This document shows, piece after piece, positions 29,120-36,849 of a stretch of DNA of 64,000 nt. The DNA comes from Bdellovibrionales bacterium. Its GTDB lineage: Bacteria; Bdellovibrionota; Bdellovibrionia; Bdellovibrionales; UBA1609. The DNA is taken from positions 1-64,000 of the forward strand of contig JAWLHR010000018.1 of NCBI GenBank assembly GCA_041690295.1. Reading direction: 5' to 3'. The notes under the pieces were generated by a model, which was not told the DNA's origin, ran no database searches, and was given only the letters and a program-made list of their open reading frames with translations. Position 1 is the stretch's first letter. Each line of letters starts with the position of its first letter. A program made the position numbers and the translations under genes.

Positions 29120-30553
29120 TTAACCGACTTTAATTACACTATCCAAAATCGGTCCACTCAGTGTCCCGCTCGGAATCACTTTCGTGAACAATCCCATGTT
29201 GCCGCTGAACTTCGCCCAGTTCGCGAAGACCGCCTGCGCCGCGACCTCCGGACTGTTGCCCACGGGCGTGCGGTCATTGGCCACCTGTCCCGTGGTGTAG
29301 TTTCCGATTTGGAAACCAGAAGTCGCCGGGCGTCCCGCGGGATCATACAAGAAGATCAGCGCCAGTCCCGCGCCACCGCGGTCCGAAGTCCAAGGCGCGC
29401 CGGGCGCCGCGGATTCACTGGAAACCACCGAGCCGTCAGAGGTCACATAGAGCATGACTTTGCGGCCGAGAATTCGTGCCGTATCGAGAATGCGGCCGAT
29501 CACCTGGCCAGCCGCCCGGTCGGCGTTGTCGCCTGTCGTGCGTGAACCGTCATGATAGTCGTAACCGCCGCGCTCAAGATTAATGGTTCCCGCATTGCCA
29601 AGAATTCCGTTGTAAACCATGGAAGCGAAAACGCGGTTTTCGTTGTTCGCGGCGGTGTTGGCGTTAATTCCCCAGCGTTGAGCCACCTGCTGGTTGGCCA
29701 CCGGATCCAGGTTCGCACCGCTTGCGATTTCCACGTTTTTGATTCCCGCACACTCGATCAGCTCGGCGAATTTCGCCATGTTGTTCACTTGCGTGAGCTT
29801 TTTCGCCTGAGATGTACTCAGGTCGCCCACCAGCTTAACCAGCTTCTGTCTTTGCGTCGCGTTTAATCCCTGAGCCAGGGCGCGGGTGTAACCGATCGAG
29901 TTTTGAATATCCGCGAAACTTCGCACCACAAGGGGCGGAGGCGGAGCAATCAAAGCGGCCTGTTGATTGAGTCCGGTCGCGCTCGCCCGCCGGCCGAGGT
30001 TCGGCAGCAGTGAGCCCACGAGACCGGCTTTGAAAACAAGGCCGGACGCATCGAATTTATTGTTACCGGTATCATCTTGCGATTGCACGCAAACCGCGAT
30101 CACCGCGGAATTGGCCAAAGTCGCCGGATCGGACTGCGCGCGAATTCCCGCGAGCAATTGGCCGATGGCGTTGCCGTTGGGTGTGGCCCAGCTTTGTACG
30201 CCGAACTCGGTTTCCAAAGTCAAAGCATTGGCGCCCGAATTGTTCCCCATTCCCATTTTCGTGTATGAGGGAAGGAGGTTTCCACCCGCATCCCGAGGAA
30301 GGAAATTCGCGGAAAGTCCGGCACCGCCGGCTAAATTCAAAGTAATGAATGGAACAAGACTCGATCCCGAACCGGCGGAGTCCGCGCATTCGACGGCGGC
30401 CGCCGAAGGTGAAAACAGACTCAAAGCTCCGGGAAACAGCGCCGAAGCCGCGAACGGGATCATTCCGTACCCCAGGAATTCCCTTCGGGTTACGGGTTTT
30501 CTATGTCCTAATTGAGCCCAGATCGGAATTTCTTTTTTCTTCACTTTACCCAT
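29120..30553 (-). CDS. Tat-exported DUF1501-like protein
   Basis: TRREFL twin-arginine motif; NLAGG, GGYDYHD and VTSDG resemble DUF1501 motifs. Confidence 0.72.
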   Translation of the reverse strand: MGKVKKKEIPIWAQLGHRKPVTRREFLGYGMIPFAASALFPGALSLFSPSAAAVECADSAGSGSSLVPFITLNLAGGAGLSANFLPRDAGGNLLPSYTKMGMGNNSGANALTLETEFGVQSWATPNGNAIGQLLAGIRAQSDPATLANSAVIAVCVQSQDDTGNNKFDASGLVFKAGLVGSLLPNLGRRASATGLNQQAALIAPPPPLVVRSFADIQNSIGYTRALAQGLNATQRQKLVKLVGDLSTSQAKKLTQVNNMAKFAELIECAGIKNVEIASGANLDPVANQQVAQRWGINANTAANNENRVFASMVYNGILGNAGTINLERGGYDYHDGSRTTGDNADRAAGQVIGRILDTARILGRKVMLYVTSDGSVVSSESAAPGAPWTSDRGGAGLALIFLYDPAGRPATSGFQIGNYTTGQVANDRTPVGNSPEVAAQAVFANWAKFSGNMGLFTKVIPSGTLSGPILDSVIKVG

Positions 30554-30565
30554 CACATCCCCCAA

Positions 30566-31243
30566 TTAGTACGTAATCGTATCGAATGACGATAACATCG
30601 CGGCACAGGTCGCGAGATACAAGGCCCTCGTTTGCGCGGCCTGATTACCCGCCGTGGACACGAAATCGTTATAGTAAGCTTCCAGAATACTGGATTCTTC
30701 CGGTTTCAAGTCCCGCCCCCAGAAATTCTGTGCCATGGTTTGAATCACCGCTCTGTAGGTATCGGCGCTGTTCGAGCTCAGATTCGCGCCGAAATTCACA
30801 TTGGTGAAAAATCGGCGTTCGGCGCCGGCCGCTGACTCTTTCGCGATCAAGCCGTTGCAGAATTCACCGGCCAGAGAGGTGGCCGCCATCTGCAAAGGCG
30901 CGTTCACGTCTGAGATTTTATCGGTTTGCGAAAGCGCGCCGGTTCTCGCATCATACTCGGCCCGTTGTGCCGCCGTGATCTCCAGTTCCTGCCCCGTCAA
31001 ATTCGCGTAGGAAGCGAAGACCTGATAGGTGTTCATTAATGCGTAAGGTGATGTTTTCGGCGCATCGAAAATATCGATCGCCACACCGCTCGCTCCAGGT
31101 CCTCCTGTCGAAGAGAAATTGGCCGCCTTGAACAAGCTCGGACCGCAGTTGAAGTTCAACACCGCGATTCCAGCCATTCCCACCAGCACCACCGAGATTT
31201 TTTTCCATTTCGAATCCATGATTTTCTTCAACATCATTTTCAT
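30566..31243 (-). CDS. Lipoprotein of unknown function
   Basis: VLNFNC lipobox; helical C-terminus 'FWGRDLKPEE...CAAMLSS'. Confidence 0.75.
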   Translation of the reverse strand: MKMMLKKIMDSKWKKISVVLVGMAGIAVLNFNCGPSLFKAANFSSTGGPGASGVAIDIFDAPKTSPYALMNTYQVFASYANLTGQELEITAAQRAEYDARTGALSQTDKISDVNAPLQMAATSLAGEFCNGLIAKESAAGAERRFFTNVNFGANLSSNSADTYRAVIQTMAQNFWGRDLKPEESSILEAYYNDFVSTAGNQAAQTRALYLATCAAMLSSFDTITY

Positions 31244-31251
31244 AACCCCAC

Positions 31252-32544
31252 TTAAATCCTGCACTTCGGATGAGTCGCCACGATTTCGAACAATTCACGC
31301 AAATCGTATTTTTGCATTTCGAATTGCAGGCCGAGACTCACGAGCACGGTTTCCATTTCGGTCGGGCTGAGTTCGATCCGGCACACCTGATTCCAAACTC
31401 TCTTGGCCATGCACTGGCTGAATCTTTGGGAGTTCGCGACCAAGCGACCGAAAGCGTGCACACCAGTCGTCCGTGAGGCCAGATCCGAAGTGTCTGGGGC
31501 CATTCCCCGCCATCCGAATCGGGTGGCGTTGGCGCCGCGGTTGGCGTTATTCACGAAGGAGTCATCAGTGGAAATGTAACCTCCCGGGTATTGTACGAAG
31601 TCGTTGCGGTTCATCTTTGCCATGACCCCGCGCTGGTCGGTATTGGGTCTCAGGTTACCGTTGGTCGCGCCGTTATCGGCGTGAACCGCGCCCACGTTTT
31701 CAACGAAGTCCCACTTCGCGAAGGCACCGCGGAATCCATCCATGACCGTGTGACAAGTCTTACAAGTCGAGAGGAACTTCTCGTGGTCGCCTCCGGGGAA
31801 GCGATCCACGTCACGGCCGATGCGCAAGTCAGAAGCTTGGCCGTCCGCCCACTCCTGGATGGACACGCACATGAACTGACGGAAGGTGTATTCCACTAAC
31901 CGCCGGTTGGTTCCGGCGAGCGCATGAGCTCCAAGAAACGCGCGCGACGTGAGTACGCCGGCGGGATCAGGGTTCGGAATCGAAGTGGTGTTCGAGTTGA
32001 GAATCTGTTGCCCGTTCACGCGCACTAGCGCGGCACCGATATCGACATTGTTATTTTCCAGATCCACGTAGTGGTTGTTCGAGCGAAGAAGGTCGGCCAC
32101 CAAATCCGAACGGATCGTCACCCCGGCCGGAATTCTCGAAGCGTCCGTGGCGGCGTAATAGAAGTTACCGTAGAGAAGTTCCCGGGCATCCGATCGGTCT
32201 CGGGCCACTCCCATGAAGGCCGCCGCGAAATCATTGAAGGGTTCGCGAATGGTCTCGTCCCTGGTGGACATTTGCAGCGCCATCTGTTTGACATTCACAT
32301 TCAGGAACGCGGGTTGGCTGGTCGCGATCTCAGCCGCGCCCAGTTTATCGCCGGCGGCGATCTTCTCAGCCATCTGAGTGATCAGAGGACTGGTCGCCGG
32401 ATATTTCACCCCGGTGAGTCGCTCCAACATCCAGTGAGCTTCACCGCGCGGAGTTCGATCCTGTGCGAATGCTTGTGATGTTAAAATTGTCAGTATTGAT
32501 AAAAAAGAGATCGTAAGTTTGGAACGCGTGAAACGCGAGAACAT
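31252..32544 (-). CDS. Secreted mono-heme protein (DUF1588/DUF1585-like)
   Basis: GGGAGG RBS, signal ending AFA, AGVLT, CKTCHTVMD, 'FSQCMAKRVW'. Confidence 0.8.
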   Translation of the reverse strand: MFSRFTRSKLTISFLSILTILTSQAFAQDRTPRGEAHWMLERLTGVKYPATSPLITQMAEKIAAGDKLGAAEIATSQPAFLNVNVKQMALQMSTRDETIREPFNDFAAAFMGVARDRSDARELLYGNFYYAATDASRIPAGVTIRSDLVADLLRSNNHYVDLENNNVDIGAALVRVNGQQILNSNTTSIPNPDPAGVLTSRAFLGAHALAGTNRRLVEYTFRQFMCVSIQEWADGQASDLRIGRDVDRFPGGDHEKFLSTCKTCHTVMDGFRGAFAKWDFVENVGAVHADNGATNGNLRPNTDQRGVMAKMNRNDFVQYPGGYISTDDSFVNNANRGANATRFGWRGMAPDTSDLASRTTGVHAFGRLVANSQRFSQCMAKRVWNQVCRIELSPTEMETVLVSLGLQFEMQKYDLRELFEIVATHPKCRI

Positions 32545-32827
32545 CTAGTACCCTCCCCATCTCTATTCCCACAACAGTCTCACGTCCCACAGAATAAATT
32601 GTAACCTATGACTCAAATCATAACCACAGACTTGCGAATTTCGAAATGATTTTTTAACCGAACTCTCTCTGTTTCAAATTACTGCGGCCTCAACCACCGA
32701 ACTGTCTCAAAATGAGTTCGAACTTCTTCACCAGATCTCTATATTTGGAGTTTACCGGTCGAAATGTATTAATATCAGGAGTGGACCGGTCGTGAATCGG
32801 TTTGTCCCTGAAGTGTGAGGTCGGCGT

Positions 32828-34267
32828 ATCAAAACGATACTGACTTTTTTATTTGTTTTTGGCTCCTTCGAAACCGCCTGGGCGGGAATATCCCGTTGCA
32901 CGTCGCAGTCCAATGCGGCGAAGAATGAATGTCAGCAGGCCGCCAATCAGGTGAACGCCAACGACGCCGCCCGCTCGGCCGCCACCGCCGCCGGATCAGG
33001 TAATGACATTAATCAGAACTGCGACAAGCTCGGACAAGATATCGGTAAACAGCAGGGCGATGTGAGTCAGGCCAAGGCCCGTTGTTCCGCGGCCTTGCAG
33101 AAGTGCCAGGACGCGTGCAATCCCAGCGACACCGACGAGAAGACCGAACCCGGGAGATCACAGGAGTCGGCGCAAATCTCGCAAAAGCTGAATGAATGTA
33201 AGTCGGATATCAGTTCCAAGATCGCCCAGCTCTCGGCGGCTTTGGCGGGACTGGCGAAAAACGCTCCGCAAGCGGCCGCCTGTAAGGCCCAATCCGATTC
33301 CGGGCAGCCACAGCAAATGCAACCGCCGCAAAATGCTCAGCCGCAGGACCAGCAACAAAGTGGCAATGAACAAAAACAAGCTTTGAATTGTTACGGCGAG
33401 GAAGGCGCTCGCTACTCGGACTGCAATGCCGCTTACTTGGCGCGCTGCCAATCCGATATGTCGAGTCTTGGATGTGAGGCGTTCGCCAGCCGTTATTGTG
33501 GAACGGCGAAGCCGGGCACGTCCGCCAACGTGGGCGGATCGGCCCATCTGGTGGTTGATAAATCCGGCGAAGGCTTGGGCTCGGCATTTTGCAAAATGGT
33601 CACCGCTTACAACTTTTGTAAAGCCGGTGGTCGAGGGGAATGCCCGAGTTGCCGTGGCATGTATGCTTACTCTTCACCGGCTTGCCAAAATGATCCGTCG
33701 AAGTGTCTGCCCTTTGGCGTGAAGGACTTGAAAGAGGCGAAGATCAAATGTCCATCGGATCCGGTGTTTTTGGATCCCAACGTTTTAAAGCTGGCGGAAC
33801 AAAAGGAATCTGGTGCCGGCGAGCAAGGGGACTATCCTTCGGAAAGGACCGCGGGTTCCGCCGGTGGCGGAAGCGGTGGCAGCGGCATTATTTACGGCCC
33901 CGGTGGTAGCGGCCAAGGTGCCGTCATCGGTGGCGCGGGAGGCACAGGTAGCGGTGTTGGCGGCGCGCTCGATGGCGCCACACCGGAAAGCCGGCCCATC
34001 GGCAGTGCTACGGCGATGACCACCGGTTCCGGCGGCGGCTACTCGAGCCAGGCCGCGCGAAGTGAATCGTCCGAGGATGATTCTTCTTATCGAGCGCCGG
34101 GGTCCGCGGGCCGCGGCCAGACCGTTCTTCCCGCAGGCCCGGTGGCGGGCCTGTCCGCCGACGTGTCCAATCAGTTCGGCCCGAATTTGTTCTCTATCGC
34201 CTCCACAATTTACCGCGACATGTGCGCGAAGGAAAAATTCACGACTTGCGTGAGGAAAAAGAAGTAA
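32828..34267 (+). CDS. Cys-rich secreted protein with a Gly/Ser-rich C-terminal region; start uncertain
   Basis: Frame stays open upstream of GTG 32951 and encodes a signal peptide (I)KTILTFLFVFGSFETAWA; more than 15 Cys; ends GPNLFSIASTIYR... Confidence 0.78.
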   Translation: MKTILTFLFVFGSFETAWAGISRCTSQSNAAKNECQQAANQVNANDAARSAATAAGSGNDINQNCDKLGQDIGKQQGDVSQAKARCSAALQKCQDACNPSDTDEKTEPGRSQESAQISQKLNECKSDISSKIAQLSAALAGLAKNAPQAAACKAQSDSGQPQQMQPPQNAQPQDQQQSGNEQKQALNCYGEEGARYSDCNAAYLARCQSDMSSLGCEAFASRYCGTAKPGTSANVGGSAHLVVDKSGEGLGSAFCKMVTAYNFCKAGGRGECPSCRGMYAYSSPACQNDPSKCLPFGVKDLKEAKIKCPSDPVFLDPNVLKLAEQKESGAGEQGDYPSERTAGSAGGGSGGSGIIYGPGGSGQGAVIGGAGGTGSGVGGALDGATPESRPIGSATAMTTGSGGGYSSQAARSESSEDDSSYRAPGSAGRGQTVLPAGPVAGLSADVSNQFGPNLFSIASTIYRDMCAKEKFTTCVRKKK

Positions 34268-34289
34268 GCGTTGCCGGTGGCGGTGGCCT

Positions 34290-34690
34290 TTTCAGACGAG
34301 TGGCGCAAAAATCACCGGCGCTGCAGTCGAACGCGAATAACTTTCTCGCCTTGCAAGATGAACACAAAATCCTTTGCGCTGAAGACGAACGTAAAAAGTC
34401 CGGGCCCAGAGACCTTTCACGACGAGCACAAATTCACCCGCGCCGGCCAAGAAACGTTGCACAATCTTTTTCGGCTTCGGTCCAAAACATTGCGCAAAGT
34501 TTTTCGGCTTCGGTCCAAAACATTGTCCGAAAATGCCCTCTCAAAAACATCACAAAGAAGTTCACTTCTCACTTTCAAAAACTCATAGATAAGTTCACTT
34601 TTCTCACTTTCAAAAACCTCACAGACAAGTTTATTTTTTCACTCTCAAAAGGCTCACAGATAAGCTTTTTCCTGACTCTCAAATCACCAT
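34290..34690. repeat. Degenerate tandem-repeat array (about 27-37 bp units, three sub-families)
   Basis: GAYGAR-like cores at 34295/34326/34357/34384/34421; 33-bp units at 34457-34489 and 34490-34522; AAG...CTYTCAAA units starting 34558/34591/34627/34662. Confidence 0.75.
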
Positions 34691-34718
34691 AAATAATTTT
34701 ATTTATATCATTTTTTTG

Positions 34719-34745
34719 TTGACGTGGTTTTTGGTTCAATAGAAT
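34719..34745 (+). promoter_or_regulatory. Possible sigma70 promoter for the HNH transcript
   Basis: TTGACG-N15-TAGAAT after an AT-rich tract; the spacer is short. Confidence 0.35.
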
Positions 34746-34940
34746 CGCCCGCAAGCCGCGAATTAAGGTCGATCATCAAGGATCGTGTTCGTGCTCGATA
34801 GCTCGCCGCCCGATGCGGATGACGTGATCTAAATGGCAATCAAACATGAGGTCAATCGCCTGGCCACGATTAGAAAAACCAAGAAAATCGACCCGCAAAA
34901 ATCAGTGGTAATCTCCCTTTGACTTGAAAAAGGAGCGTTC

Positions 34941-35924
34941 ATGAATCTAAAAAATATTTCGGATCAAACGCTTTTGGAAAACACCGAAAAGCTCGTGCGC
35001 GAGGAAAGGGAACTACTCGCGAAAGTACTTCATCACTTGCGTGAAATCGATCGCCGCAAACTGTTTTCCGCACTCGGGTTTAAGTCTCTTTTTGAATACG
35101 CGGTCAAGAAATTGGGTTACAGCGAAGATCAAGCGGGGCGCCGGATCGCGGCCATGCGATTGCTTGAAGAAATCCCCGAAATCGAAGAAAAGATCGAAAC
35201 GGGCGCGCTCACGTTAACAAATGTGGGACTGGCTCAGACGCTCTTTCGAGCCGAGCAGAAGGCTGGAACGCCTCTGCCCAAAGAGAAGAAACTGGAAGTT
35301 CTGGCGCAACTTGAAAACAAATCCAAAAGGGATGCGGAAAAACTCGTTCTAACCCAGAGTGGAGAGCCGACGCGACTGATCGCCGATCGCGTACGGCCCG
35401 TAACCGCTGACAAAGTCGAGATTAAATTCATCGCTGATCAAAACCTCCACAACAAACTTGAACGCTTACGCGGTCTCCTGGCGCATAAGCATCCCAACTT
35501 GTCATTGGCGGAACTGGTCGATCATCTTGCGGAAATCGCCTTGCGCAAGCTGGACCCACTCCAACAAGGAGCCGAGCGATCAAATCCACCCGCGCCGGCC
35601 AAGAAACAGGATGTCAAGCCTCGATTGGAGAAATCTCAGATTGGCCACTCGGACGAAATTCGAGGGCAACAGCACATCAATGTTCAACCCAACAAATCAC
35701 GCGGGTACATTTCAATCGCGATTCGACGAGAAGTTTGGAAACGTGCCGGCGGAAAATGCGAGCACTGCGGTTCAGAGTACGCCGTGCAGATCGATCATCG
35801 AAAGCCCATCGCGAAAGGCGGTTCAAACAATCTCGAAAATCTTCGTCTCCTCTGCCGACCATGCAATCTTCGATCAGCTATCGAGACTCTCGGATTCAAA
35901 TCGATGGAGCGATATCTAAGTTAA
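34941..35924 (+). CDS. HNH endonuclease with a helical N-terminal domain (DUF222-like architecture)
   Basis: AGGAG RBS; CEHC...QIDHRKPIAKGGSNNLENLRLLCRPCN; N-terminal 'LHHLREIDRRKLF..LGFKSLFEY...LGYSE'. Confidence 0.92.
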   Translation: MNLKNISDQTLLENTEKLVREERELLAKVLHHLREIDRRKLFSALGFKSLFEYAVKKLGYSEDQAGRRIAAMRLLEEIPEIEEKIETGALTLTNVGLAQTLFRAEQKAGTPLPKEKKLEVLAQLENKSKRDAEKLVLTQSGEPTRLIADRVRPVTADKVEIKFIADQNLHNKLERLRGLLAHKHPNLSLAELVDHLAEIALRKLDPLQQGAERSNPPAPAKKQDVKPRLEKSQIGHSDEIRGQQHINVQPNKSRGYISIAIRREVWKRAGGKCEHCGSEYAVQIDHRKPIAKGGSNNLENLRLLCRPCNLRSAIETLGFKSMERYLS

Positions 35925-36084
35925 TGCGCCAGTAACCTTAGACAAAAAAGCCATACCGCTACCCAATATATCCATTACCTGTTGTACCTGCACCTGTCTG
36001 TCTGTACCTGTAGCTGTACCCGCGCCGGCCAAGAAACGGCACGTCACAAGGCAAGCTTTCCAAGAATCAAAGCAAGCAATACGC

Positions 36085-36849
36085 CTAAGCCCGGACCGGA
36101 CGTGCGTCTTTAGCGGCGCGAAGGATACGGAGAAGTTCCGCCGGATCCAGTGAGGCGCCGCCGATCAAAAAGCCGTTCACGTTATTGAGTGAAGCCAATG
36201 AAGCGGCATTTTCGGATTTTACGCTGCCGCCGTAAAGGATTGGAATTTTGGGTGCGGCGGCCGCGCTCCATTCCACCAAGAATGTCCGTAAAATTTGATG
36301 GGCTTCTTCCACCTGCACGGGTGTGGCGACTTCGCCCGTCCCGATGGCCCACACCGGCTCGTAAGCCAGCCAAACCGGCAAAGTCGGATCACAATGCTGC
36401 AAGCCCAAACGCGCCTGACGCAAAACCACTTCCGGTGTGCGGTTCCAGCGCCGGTCATCGATCGTCTCACCCACACAAAGAATCGGTGTGATACCCGTTT
36501 TTTGCAAAAACTGAACTTTCTTGGCGAGAAGCTCATCGGGTTCACCGAAAATGTGACGGCGCTCACTATGCCCAACTATGCAAAAGCTCGCTCCCATGTC
36601 TTTAAGAGTTTGGGGAGAATTTTCGCCGGTGAACGCGCCACTGGGCGCAGGATAACAATTTTGACCGCCCCAGCGAAGCGCACAGCCCTTCGCGGTCTCC
36701 GCCACCGCCTGCGCGGCCAGCGCCTGCGGGAACAAAACGATTCGCGCCAGCTCTTCTTCTTGTGCGGCCTCACGCAACGATTTCACGAATTCCGCCGCTT
36801 CGTGCGGCGTCTTGTTCATCTTCCAATTACCGGCGCAAATAAAATCCAC
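36085..36849 (-). CDS. tpiA: Triosephosphate isomerase
   Basis: GNWKMN, GHSERR, AYEPVWAIGTG, YGGSV. Confidence 0.98.
   Translation of the reverse strand: MDFICAGNWKMNKTPHEAAEFVKSLREAAQEEELARIVLFPQALAAQAVAETAKGCALRWGGQNCYPAPSGAFTGENSPQTLKDMGASFCIVGHSERRHIFGEPDELLAKKVQFLQKTGITPILCVGETIDDRRWNRTPEVVLRQARLGLQHCDPTLPVWLAYEPVWAIGTGEVATPVQVEEAHQILRTFLVEWSAAAAPKIPILYGGSVKSENAASLASLNNVNGFLIGGASLDPAELLRILRAAKDARPVRA

Larger units (their letters stand above)
34436..36037 (+). mobile_element. Candidate HNH selfish element bounded by exact 20-bp direct repeats
   Basis: ACCCGCGCCGGCCAAGAAAC at 34436-34455, 35588-35607 and 36018-36037; mobility is inferred, not shown. Confidence 0.4.

Noticed and set aside
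34290..34690. CRISPR array
   Set aside because: There are no identical repeats separated by unique spacers and no cas genes; the units are contiguous and degenerate.
34222..34692. ORFs 34222..34692 and 34271..34588 as genes
   Set aside because: They run through the repeat array, lack a clear RBS, and repeat units shift register within them. Kept only as a low-interest finding.
34941..35924. IscB, Cas9 or TasH assignment for the HNH protein
   Set aside because: No RuvC motifs, PLMP motif or recognisable Nop domain; only the HNH domain is supported.
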